59,639 bases of DNA from Chloroflexota bacterium (GTDB taxonomy: Bacteria > Chloroflexota > Limnocylindria > Limnocylindrales > CSP1-4). How positions within the stretch are numbered: position 1 is the stretch's first letter; each line of letters starts with the position of its first letter. The stretch is taken from NCBI GenBank assembly GCA_031431395.1, contig JANPDJ010000026.1:1-59639 (forward strand), read 5' to 3'. Made by a program: the position numbers and the translations under genes. Below the pieces are notes generated by a model, which was not told where the DNA came from, made no database searches, and worked only from the letters and a program-made list of their open reading frames with translations. Positions 1 through 7,941 of the stretch are shown piece by piece.

Positions 1-1005
1 GCCGCCGTCGCATGCGCCGGGCTCTTCGTCGTTGTCGTCGCGCCATGGTTCGCCCGCCAGCTGTCGGTCTTCGGGAGCCTGCTTCCGTCATCCCAATCCG
101 GGCGCGTGCTGTACATCCGGGACATCGCCGAGTGGAACAGCATCACCACGCCCACCACCCTTGACTACCTGCTGGGCCAGGGCATCGGCCCCCTGCTGCT
201 GAGCCGGATCGGCGGCCTTGTAGCCGGGATCGAGATCTACAGCGTCCTCGTGGGGTCGGTGTTCCTGGTCCCGCTCATGGTGATCGGTGCATGGCTGCGA
301 CGGCGATCGGCGGACTTCGGGCCGTTCTTCGTCTACGCCGTCATCCTTTTCGCCTTCTCCGCCATCGTCTCGGCGGTCCACGTCCCGGGCGGCACGTTCA
401 TCCACTCGGCCGTGGCGCTTGCCCCGCATTCGTACGTACTTGCGATGGAGGCGATCGTCATCGTCGTCGCCTGGGCCGCGCGCCGGCGCCCGTCCTGGCA
501 CGAGGCCACAGCCAACCGGGTGTTCGTGGGGGGTGCGGTGGCGCTCGCGGTCGCGACGAGCGTGGTCTTCGGCCTCGTCGTGGTCCGCGGCTGGGACGCG
601 ATCCGGCAGCAGCGTCTCACCGTTGCGCGAGAACTCGTCGCACTCGGCGCCTTACCCGATGACCGGCTGATGTCGATCGATTCGGGCGGGTATCGCTACT
701 ACACCGGGCATGGAGGTGTGGTCACGCCGGATGACCCCATCGATACCATCCGGGACGTGGCGCGCGCGTACAACATCCGCTGGCTGATCCTTGAGCGGCG
801 CGAGATCGTCCGCGCGCTGGCATCGGTCCTGAGGGGCGGGCCGCGCCCAGCGTGGATCGGCCCGCCTGGCTTCTCTCAGGATGGCCCCACGGCTGATCCC
901 ATCCTTGCCGGCTACCCGGCGGTCGCGATCTTCCCGGTCTGCTTCGAACCCTCGGACACGCGCTGCTCGGCGACCGGCAGCCTTCCCGTGGAGGCCGCGC
1001 AATGA
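1..1005 (+). CDS. Integral membrane protein, 5'-truncated by the window edge (possible GT-C/ArnT-PMT-like glycosyltransferase C-terminal part)
   Basis: Frame 1 is open from base 1, with no stop before the listed ATG at 106. Several hydrophobic helices are followed by a soluble C-terminal domain. The stop overlaps the start of the next membrane protein (ATGA at 1002-1005). Confidence 0.5.
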   Translation, partial: AAVACAGLFVVVVAPWFARQLSVFGSLLPSSQSGRVLYIRDIAEWNSITTPTTLDYLLGQGIGPLLLSRIGGLVAGIEIYSVLVGSVFLVPLMVIGAWLRRRSADFGPFFVYAVILFAFSAIVSAVHVPGGTFIHSAVALAPHSYVLAMEAIVIVVAWAARRRPSWHEATANRVFVGGAVALAVATSVVFGLVVVRGWDAIRQQRLTVARELVALGALPDDRLMSIDSGGYRYYTGHGGVVTPDDPIDTIRDVARAYNIRWLILERREIVRALASVLRGGPRPAWIGPPGFSQDGPTADPILAGYPAVAIFPVCFEPSDTRCSATGSLPVEAAQ

Positions 1006-2666
1006 TCCGGCGCGAGCTGTGGCTGAGCGCCGCCCTGGTCGGGTCGATTGCCCTCGTCGTCCGCGTGGTCGCAGCGTCGTTCGTGCCGTTCCCCATCCCC
1101 GAGGACACCGCCTATTACTACGGGGTCGCGCGAAACCTCGTGGAAGGCCGCGGCCTCGTGAGCGACGCCGCATGGAGCTTCCAGTCCTCCGCGAGCGCCC
1201 TGCCGCGGCCCGCCTTCGAGGTCTGGATGCCCCTGCCGACGCTGCTGGCGGCCATCCCGATGGCGATCCTCGGGACCGACTATCGGGTCGCTCAATCGGT
1301 TGCTGTCCTCATCGGCGCGCTGGTCCCGGTGCTCACCTGGCGCCTGGCGCTGGACGTGGCCCTGGAGCGCGGACTGACGGTCACCCGCGCGCGGGTCCTG
1401 GCGCTGGGCGCGGGGCTCACGGCGGCCGTGGAGTTGCCACTGCTCGTCCATTCGACGCTGCCCGATTCCACCGCGCTGTTCGCGCTCTTCGTGCTCGGTG
1501 CCTGCCTCCTGATGCCGCGCCTGCTCCGGGGTCCGCGGGCGGACCGCTGGCGCGACGAGCTCCGCGATCCGCGACTGATCGGGCTCGGCCTCGCGATCGG
1601 GTTCGCGGCTCTCACCCGGAACGAGGCGATCTGGCTGGCCGGCACCTGGGTGCTGCTGGTCGCGCTGCGCCTCCGGCCTGCCGGCAGCGACGGCGCGATC
1701 GGCCTCTCCTGGGCCATCCGGCTCGTCGCAGTTCCGGCGCTCGTGGCGGCGGCCGTGTTCGCGCCGTGGGCCGTGCGGAACTGGCTCGTCCTGGGAAGCG
1801 TGCTGCCCGGCCAGACCATCACGAACGCGTTTTCTGTGACCGGATTCGACATCTTCGCGTTCCAGGATCCGCCGACCCTGTCGCGCTACCTCGCGGTCGG
1901 CCCGGCCCGGCTGCTCCAGATGCGCGTGGACGGGTTCTCGCACAACCTGCTGACCGTCCTCGTGCTGCCATCGTTCCCGATCGGGCTTCTCGGCCTCTTC
2001 GCGCTGGCAAAGGTCGGCCGTGGCGCGGTCCTCCGCCCGCTGGTCATCGTGAGCGTCGTGATCTTCGCCTTCACCACGCTCGTGTTCCCCGTCGCGACAA
2101 CCTGGGGCACGTACCTGCATGCGGCCGGGGCGGCCCACGTCCTGTTGATCGTCGGCTGTCTGTTCGCGCTTGATGGGCTGATCGTTCGCATCGGCCGCTT
2201 CCGCGGGTGGACTCGGCCAGTGGCATGGCTGGGGCCCGCTCTGACCGTCTTCGGCGCTGCGCTCTTCAGCCTCGCGTTCGTGCCGCAGTTCGGTGCGCAG
2301 TCGCGTGACGTGGCAGCCCGGTACAGGGCGCTGCCGGCCGCCATGACGGCTGCCGGGCTCCCGGCCGTGGCCCGGCTGGGACCGGTGATCTCGGACTTCC
2401 CGATCTGGTGGGCGGAAGGCGAGCGGGCGCCGGCACTGGGCCTGCCCGACGAGTCACCGTCCAGCATCCTCGCCCTGGCCCGAGCGTACCCCGGCACGCG
2501 GTATCTCGTCATCAGCTCGAGCGACCACGGGCGGTGGCCGGGCGTCCTGGCCGAGGGCGGCTCCGATGCCGCATGCTTCCGCGAGGTGGACATCGGCACA
2601 CCGGCAGACGCTGCGACGCGGGCAGCGCTGCAGGGCACGCGTGTATTCGAGTTGATCTGCCGATGA
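1002..2666 (+). CDS. Polytopic membrane glycosyltransferase, GT39/ArnT-like (GT-C fold)
   Basis: 554 aa with many TM helices. The N-terminal loop PIPEDTAYYYGVARNLVEGRGL resembles the acidic first-loop motif of ArnT/PMT-type GT-C enzymes. There is a soluble C-terminal domain. Confidence 0.6.
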   Translation: MIRRELWLSAALVGSIALVVRVVAASFVPFPIPEDTAYYYGVARNLVEGRGLVSDAAWSFQSSASALPRPAFEVWMPLPTLLAAIPMAILGTDYRVAQSVAVLIGALVPVLTWRLALDVALERGLTVTRARVLALGAGLTAAVELPLLVHSTLPDSTALFALFVLGACLLMPRLLRGPRADRWRDELRDPRLIGLGLAIGFAALTRNEAIWLAGTWVLLVALRLRPAGSDGAIGLSWAIRLVAVPALVAAAVFAPWAVRNWLVLGSVLPGQTITNAFSVTGFDIFAFQDPPTLSRYLAVGPARLLQMRVDGFSHNLLTVLVLPSFPIGLLGLFALAKVGRGAVLRPLVIVSVVIFAFTTLVFPVATTWGTYLHAAGAAHVLLIVGCLFALDGLIVRIGRFRGWTRPVAWLGPALTVFGAALFSLAFVPQFGAQSRDVAARYRALPAAMTAAGLPAVARLGPVISDFPIWWAEGERAPALGLPDESPSSILALARAYPGTRYLVISSSDHGRWPGVLAEGGSDAACFREVDIGTPADAATRAALQGTRVFELICR

Positions 2667-2682
2667 ACACGCTCCGTATACT
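2652..2682 (+). promoter_or_regulatory. Candidate promoter TTGATC-19 nt-TATACT, leaderless-type, for the kinase/regulator/flp operon
   Basis: -35-like TTGATC at 2652-2657 and -10 TATACT at 2677-2682. The ATG at 2692 lies 9 nt after the -10, with no Shine-Dalgarno. The spacer is 19 nt, which is long. Confidence 0.35.
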
Positions 2683-2691
2683 CCGAACCTG

Positions 2692-3780
2692 ATGAACGTT
2701 GCGCACGAAAGCACAACGCTTCGTGACGGCCGGTTCGACGGTCTGCACGCCGAGGCAAAGTCCGCCCTCGAATCCGCCCGGAATGTCCTGCGTGACATCC
2801 GTGAGCAGTACGGCAACGACTACCGCCGCGAGTTCGCGAGCTGGCAGTCGTTGCGCAACGAACTCGATGCCGGCATGGGTACTCTTCGGCCGGCGTCCGT
2901 TCGGAACGGCAGTTCGGTGGGCCTTCACCCGGATGCGGACATTCCGGATGCGCGGGCGGGCGAACTCCGAATTGACGTGGAGCGCCTCGCCGCTGCAATC
3001 GGCCGGCATGAGGCCGAGTTGAGCCGCCTCGAGCTGGCCCAGGGCACCATGGACCAAGCGCTGCGCTTCCTGGAGGGTGGCGACGGGACCCCAGCGGCCG
3101 AGGGTGCCCAAGCTCCGTTGTCTGCGGAGGTTGCCCTCCGGATTGTCGAGGCCCAGGAGCACGAGCGGTCGCGGCTTGCGCAGGAGGTCCACGACGGCCC
3201 CGCACAGGCGCTCACGAATGCGATCTTCCAGGTGGAGTACATCGAGCGGGTCATCGATCACGACACCCGGCTGGCCCAGACCGAGCTGGCCTTCCTCCGC
3301 CAGCTGCTCCGCCGCGAGCTGGGCGACGTGCGGACCTTCATCAGCCAGCTCCGGCCGCGGGTGCTGGACCAGCTGGGACTCGACGGGTCCATCCGCGAGA
3401 CGGTGGCGAACATGGCGGCTCTGACGGGCCTTCAGATCGAGGTGGACCTCGACGCTCCCGGCGGGAGCCTGAACGAGGCCGAACAGACCGTGGTCCTCCG
3501 GATCGTCCAGGAAGCGCTCCAGAACGTGCGGAAGCACGCGGAGGCGTCACACGCGATTGTGAGCAGTCGCCTTGACGGCAGCGCATGGATGCTCGAAATC
3601 CGCGACGATGGACGCGGATTTGACGCGAACGACGTCAGCGCCCGGAGCCGGCGGAATTTCGGCCTCCAATTCATGCGCGAGCGGGCTGAGCTCATCGGCG
3701 CCCGCTTCGAGGTCCGGTCCCGTCCGGACGACGGTACGGTCGTCCGGCTGGCCATCCCGTTGCGAGAGGAGAGCAGATGA
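2692..3780 (+). CDS. Soluble DegS-like sensor histidine kinase (HisKA_3 + HATPase_c)
   Basis: H-box EHERSRLAQEVHDGPAQ, N-box QEALQNVRKHA, G1 RDDGRGF, G2 FGLQFMRERA. No TM segment and a coiled-coil-like N-terminus. Confidence 0.85.
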   Translation: MNVAHESTTLRDGRFDGLHAEAKSALESARNVLRDIREQYGNDYRREFASWQSLRNELDAGMGTLRPASVRNGSSVGLHPDADIPDARAGELRIDVERLAAAIGRHEAELSRLELAQGTMDQALRFLEGGDGTPAAEGAQAPLSAEVALRIVEAQEHERSRLAQEVHDGPAQALTNAIFQVEYIERVIDHDTRLAQTELAFLRQLLRRELGDVRTFISQLRPRVLDQLGLDGSIRETVANMAALTGLQIEVDLDAPGGSLNEAEQTVVLRIVQEALQNVRKHAEASHAIVSSRLDGSAWMLEIRDDGRGFDANDVSARSRRNFGLQFMRERAELIGARFEVRSRPDDGTVVRLAIPLREESR

Positions 3781-4520
3781 GCATGGAATATGGCGGCGCG
3801 GATCGTCGTCGGGGTGGACCCGACCGTCGCGGGCCGGACGAGCAGACGAGGATCCTCCTCGTGGACAACCACGCCCTGTTCCGCGTGGGCATGCGCAACA
3901 TCCTGGAACGCGAGCCGGATTTCCTCATCGTGGGAGAGGCATCAGACAGCCGCGGTGCCATCGACCTCGCGGTGAACCTCAGCCCCGACATCATCCTCAT
4001 GGATCTCAACCTGGGCGCACCGGGCGGAATCGAGACCACCCAGCGGATCAAACGTGAGTTGCAGCCGGCCGGGATCATCGTCCTGGCCGTCACCGAGGAC
4101 GAGGAAGCGCTGTTCGACGCCATCAAGGCGGGGGCGGCAGCCTTCATCCTCAAGGATGTCGGGCCCGACGACCTCGTCACGATCATCCGGCGCGTGTCCG
4201 ACGGCGAGTACCTGATCAACGACAAGGTCTTCGCCAAGCCGGCCGTCGCGTCGCGCGTCCTGAAGGAGTTCCGCGAACTCGCGGTCTACGGCCAGGATGC
4301 GGCGCCCATCTTTGCGCCTCTGTCACCGCGCGAGGTCCAGATCCTCGACAACATCGCCCAGGGCATGACAAACAAGCAGGTGGCCTACGCACTGTCAATC
4401 AGTGAGCAGACCGTCAAGAACCACATGAGCTCGATTCTGCGCAAGCTGTCCGTGAACGACCGGACGCAGGCCGTCGTGTATGCGATGCGCCAAGGCTGGA
4501 TCAGGATGCCGGACGATTGA
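3777..4520 (+). CDS. NarL/LuxR-family response regulator (REC + HTH_LuxR)
   Basis: The receiver is RILLVDNHALFRVGM...IILMDLNLGAPGG. The C-terminal LuxR HTH is LSPREVQILDNIAQGMTNKQVAYALSISEQTVKNHMSSILRKL. The start overlaps the kinase stop (ATGA). Confidence 0.9.
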   Translation: MSMEYGGADRRRGGPDRRGPDEQTRILLVDNHALFRVGMRNILEREPDFLIVGEASDSRGAIDLAVNLSPDIILMDLNLGAPGGIETTQRIKRELQPAGIIVLAVTEDEEALFDAIKAGAAAFILKDVGPDDLVTIIRRVSDGEYLINDKVFAKPAVASRVLKEFRELAVYGQDAAPIFAPLSPREVQILDNIAQGMTNKQVAYALSISEQTVKNHMSSILRKLSVNDRTQAVVYAMRQGWIRMPDD

Positions 4521-5893
4521 ACGAACGTAGCGACGGTCACGGGGAGCCTGCCCCGGCCGGTGAGAGGCCGGTGGGAGACGGACCGGCAGATGACGGAGCG
4601 GCCGGCACCCGCCGCACCCAGCCCGGCGGCAACCCGCCAGGCGGGGCTTCGATGGCGGACCTTGCGGGGCGGGTCCGCGCGGAACACCACCTGCTGGAAA
4701 CGGAGCTCAGCGAGATCGAACTCCTGGTCCAGCAGGCCAGGACGGAAGCCACGCGGCACGAGGCGAAGCGGTCAGCCGCGGCCGACCGCTTCGCGGCGCT
4801 GAGCCCAGGGACCAGCCCAGCGGATGTCGCAGATCAGAGCAAGCAGCTCGTCACGCTCACGCGACGCGCCGTGGTGATGCAGACGCAGGTGGACGTGCTC
4901 GAGGGCAAACTCAAGGTCCTCCAGCGCTTTCGCGATGCGTCCGCTCGAACGGCCGCGGACCTGGACGCATTGGGCGGCGACGGCGCCGGCGGCCGGGCGG
5001 CCGGAACGAGACCTCCTCGGGGGTCCGGCCGCGCGGCCGGCTCCGGTCAGGGCTTTGAAGCCGACGGTGGGGGTGGCGCCGTCATGCCGCTGGCGATGTC
5101 GCGCATGCTCCTCGGCGCGCAGGAGGACCTGCGACGCGAGATTGCCCGGACGATGCACGATGGTCCGGCCCAGAGCCTCACGAACATCGTGCTCCAGGCC
5201 CAAATCGTGGATCGACTGTTTGCCCGGGACCCTGCCAGCGCGGCAGCGGAGGTCCGGCAACTGATCTCGATGGTCCAGCAGACCCTTGACGCCACCAAGT
5301 CCTTCATCTTCGACATCCGTCCCATGGTCCTCGACGATCTCGGCCTCGTCCCCACGATCCGTCGCGCGGCGAGGGAGCGCGGCCGTCGCGCCCAGATCCC
5401 GGTGGAGTTCGAGTCCTACGGCACCGGTCGGCGCCTCACGATGGAGCTTGAGAGCGGTCTCTTTCGCATCATCGACGAGGCACTCGCCGCATACCTCGCC
5501 GGCCGGCCGGACCTCGTCACGATCCGGCTCGACTGGACCGACGGGCTGGAGGCACGGATCGCGGCCCGCCGGCCCGCTTCGGCACCGTTCGAAGCCGATG
5601 CGCCGTCGCCTGCGGCTTCAGCAGCCGACGCGGCACGCGACGAGGGCTCCCGCCGTCGGAGCAGGAGCACGGCCTCTCAGCAGCCGCCGGAGGCGATGCC
5701 GGCGGCGCTCGTCGCCATGATCGAGGACCGCCGCGTGGCGGACACGGCTGCCAAGCGGGCCGTCGGCGCGATCCCGGTCGCGATCCACCGCGAGATCCAG
5801 CAGCGGGCCGACGCCCTCGACATCGTCCTGGAGCTGGCCGAGGACGGTCGCGAGATCCGGCTCGTGATCGAGGCGCCGGCCGACGCGGGATGA
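4517..5893 (+). CDS. HisKA_3-containing kinase-like protein with a degenerate catalytic domain (pseudokinase / phosphotransfer candidate)
   Basis: The H-box EDLRREIARTMHDGPAQ and the following FIFDIRPMVLDDLGL parallel the upstream kinase. The N-box position reads IIDEALAAYLAG, and no DxGxG or GxGL boxes are visible. The N-terminus is coiled-coil. The TTG start overlaps the regulator stop. An alternative ATG exists at 4652. Confidence 0.7.
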   Translation: MNERSDGHGEPAPAGERPVGDGPADDGAAGTRRTQPGGNPPGGASMADLAGRVRAEHHLLETELSEIELLVQQARTEATRHEAKRSAAADRFAALSPGTSPADVADQSKQLVTLTRRAVVMQTQVDVLEGKLKVLQRFRDASARTAADLDALGGDGAGGRAAGTRPPRGSGRAAGSGQGFEADGGGGAVMPLAMSRMLLGAQEDLRREIARTMHDGPAQSLTNIVLQAQIVDRLFARDPASAAAEVRQLISMVQQTLDATKSFIFDIRPMVLDDLGLVPTIRRAARERGRRAQIPVEFESYGTGRRLTMELESGLFRIIDEALAAYLAGRPDLVTIRLDWTDGLEARIAARRPASAPFEADAPSPAASAADAARDEGSRRRSRSTASQQPPEAMPAALVAMIEDRRVADTAAKRAVGAIPVAIHREIQQRADALDIVLELAEDGREIRLVIEAPADAG

Positions 5894-6090
5894 AGATGCT
5901 CCCCCCGGGCGTGATCGGCGGACAGCTGCGATGGCCGGCCGGCCGCGGCGACGCGGGGCAGGGCATCGTGGAATATGGCCTCATCCTCGGGCTCGCGGCA
6001 CTCGTCACCGTCATCTCGCTGGTGTTCTTCGGAGGCGCGCTGGCGGTGGCGCTGAGTCTGCTCGGCCAGGCAATCGATTCATCGAGCTGA
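5890..6090 (+). CDS. flp: Flp-family type IVb prepilin 1
   Basis: The motif G/QGIVEYGLILGLAALV fits the Flp signature G-XXXX-EY followed by a hydrophobic helix. The ATGA overlaps the stop of the upstream gene. An alternative ATG exists at 5896. Confidence 0.75.
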   Translation: MKMLPPGVIGGQLRWPAGRGDAGQGIVEYGLILGLAALVTVISLVFFGGALAVALSLLGQAIDSSS

Positions 6091-6233
6091 CCGGCACGGA
6101 TGCGTGACGCGTCGCGCCCATGACCAGCGAGCAAGACCGTCCCGTACGAAAGACCTAGTGCGTTTCCGAGATTCCCGTTGGACAGTGATGCCGTCCTCGA
6201 TCGAGGGCACTGCACTTATCGGGAGAACCGGAA

Positions 6234-6404
6234 ATGACACTCGTGAACACGCTCCTCGCCAAGTTCCGCCGGGATGAAGACGGCCAGGGTCTCGCCGAGT
6301 ACGCGCTGATCCTCGCCCTCATCGCGATCGTTGCGATCGTCGCGCTGATCTTCCTGGGCGGCCAGGTCAGCACGATCCTGAGCAAGGTCGGCACCTCGGT
6401 CTAG
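6234..6404 (+). CDS. flp: Flp-family type IVb prepilin 2 (56 aa, absent from the ORF track)
   Basis: My translation is MTLVNTLLAKFRRDEDGQGLAEYALILALIAIVAIVALIFLGGQVSTILSKVGTSV. It has the Flp motif G/QGLAEY. A GGGAG sits 8 nt upstream of the ATG, and the TAG stop is at 6402-6404. Confidence 0.85.
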   Translation: MTLVNTLLAKFRRDEDGQGLAEYALILALIAIVAIVALIFLGGQVSTILSKVGTSV

Positions 6405-6528
6405 GACCGTCAAGCGAGGGGCGCCGGGGATCCCCCAGGGACCTCCGGCGCATTCTCGTTCTTGACGACCCGGGGGAGGCCCGCCGGCCCACGCGCCGGC
6501 CGAGTCGATCCCGAAGGGAGCCCCGATC

Positions 6529-6696
6529 ATGCCCTTGCTTCGGCGCCTCATCCGCGAATGGGGCAGCGAGCGGGGTCAGGGCCTCGTCGAGTACGCGCTC
6601 ATTCTGTCGCTCATCGCGATCGTGGCCATCGTCGCCCTGGCCTTTCTCGGGAACACAGTATCCGCAGAACTCAGCAAGATCGGCGTCGCGCTCTGA
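6529..6696 (+). CDS. flp: Flp-family type IVb prepilin 3 (55 aa, absent from the ORF track)
   Basis: My translation is MPLLRRLIREWGSERGQGLVEYALILSLIAIVAIVALAFLGNTVSAELSKIGVAL. GAAGGGAG lies upstream of the ATG, and the TGA stop is at 6694-6696. It is a close paralogue of flp2. Confidence 0.85.
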   Translation: MPLLRRLIREWGSERGQGLVEYALILSLIAIVAIVALAFLGNTVSAELSKIGVAL

Positions 6697-6710
6697 CGCC
6701 AACAGCACTC

Positions 6711-6739
6711 ACGGGGTCGTGGCTCAGCCACGGCCCCGT
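6711..6739 (+). terminator. GC-rich hairpin 15 nt after flp3 (terminator/attenuator candidate)
   Basis: A 13-bp stem ACGGGGTCGTGGC / GCCACGGCCCCGT (one G-U pair) with a 3-nt loop, followed by TCGCATTTCCC. The U-tract is weak. Confidence 0.4.
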
Positions 6740-6898
6740 TCGCATTTCCCGGGCCAGCCGCTGCAAGCCCGATGCGGATTCGGACGGACAGGGCCCGATC
6801 ATCCCCTCCCCACGGCTCTCGCAGGAGCTTCCGCGGGGAGCACAGCCGGGCGGATCTGGACACCAGGGCGCCGTCCGACCGCCGGCCGGTGCGATTTC

Positions 6899-6926
6899 TT
6901 CCTAGCGGGTCCTAGCCCTTTAGTAT
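6899..6926 (+). promoter_or_regulatory. Candidate promoter TTCCTA-16 nt-TAGTAT upstream of cpaB
   Basis: This is the only AT-rich island in the 296-bp flp3-cpaB spacer. The -10-like TAGTAT is at 6921-6926. It is embedded in CTAG-containing repeats. Confidence 0.3.
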
Positions 6927-6992
6927 AGGTGCCGGACCCTAGGCCCGGCCCTACGCTGGTGCCACCTGTCACACCACTCGGGAGCAATCGCC

Positions 6993-7886
6993 TTGAAGCG
7001 GTCCAATCGCCTCGTTCTGTTCGTCGGCATCCTGCTCGCGGTCGTCGCGTTCGGCAGTGTGATCGTCCTGTTCAACCAGAAACCTGCGCCCGTCAGTACG
7101 GCTCCAACGGAGCTGCCGACGGTCTACGCCAGGCAGGACATCGCACTCGGGACGGTCATCACCAGGGACATGGTGGAAGCCCGCAACCTCGCCATCCCCG
7201 TCCGCCCCACGGACGCGTTCGGTGACATCGGCGTCGTGGTCGGCAAGACCGTTCGCACGGAGATCAAGCAGGGAGCCCTGCTGCTGCCGGCGGACTTCTC
7301 TGCCGGCGCGGGCGGAGGATCGCAGGACGTCGCCCGCCTGCTGGAGCCCGGGCTTCGCGCCATCGCGGTCCAGGTGGACCAGGCAACGGGCGTCGGCACA
7401 CTGATCAACGTGGGCGACCGCGTGGACATGGTGGTGGGCTTCACCGCGGACAAGGTCCCGCTCGTGACCATAGACCCCACGACGAAGCTGCTGACAAGCG
7501 TGACCGGCTACAACCCGACCACGACGAAGGTCCTCCTCCAGAACATGCAGGTCATCGGCACGCTCCTGCCGCCGGCGCCCGCCGCGGCTGCGACCGGGAC
7601 CGGCACAACCGCCCCCGCGACGGGAGCCAGCCTGACCGGCCAGCAGGAGCTCGTGATCCTCGCGGTCACTGCCCAGCAGGCCGAGGTGATCAAGTTCGCC
7701 CAGATCGACGGGCTCATCAGCCTGGTGCTGCGCTCGCCCAAGGACTTCGTGGACGCGAATGGCAACCCCATCGTGCCCGAGGCGGTCAAGACGAACGGCG
7801 TCGTGCTCAAGACCCTCATCGACAAGTTCGGGGTGCTGCCGCCGGAAGTGATCCCGGCCCAGAACCTCCCCACCGCCGCCCCCTGA
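6993..7886 (+). CDS. cpaB: Flp pilus assembly protein CpaB/RcpC (SAF domain)
   Basis: An N-terminal TM anchor (LVLFVGILLAVVAFGSVIVL) is followed by the SAF-like segment ARQDIALGTVITRDMV...GKTVRTEIKQGALL. TTG start with GGGAG upstream. Confidence 0.8.
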   Translation: MKRSNRLVLFVGILLAVVAFGSVIVLFNQKPAPVSTAPTELPTVYARQDIALGTVITRDMVEARNLAIPVRPTDAFGDIGVVVGKTVRTEIKQGALLLPADFSAGAGGGSQDVARLLEPGLRAIAVQVDQATGVGTLINVGDRVDMVVGFTADKVPLVTIDPTTKLLTSVTGYNPTTTKVLLQNMQVIGTLLPPAPAAAATGTGTTAPATGASLTGQQELVILAVTAQQAEVIKFAQIDGLISLVLRSPKDFVDANGNPIVPEAVKTNGVVLKTLIDKFGVLPPEVIPAQNLPTAAP

Positions 7887-7941
7887 ACCCGCGCTATTCC
7901 TCCACCCAGCCCGACACCACGAACGGACCGAACGGCCGAGC

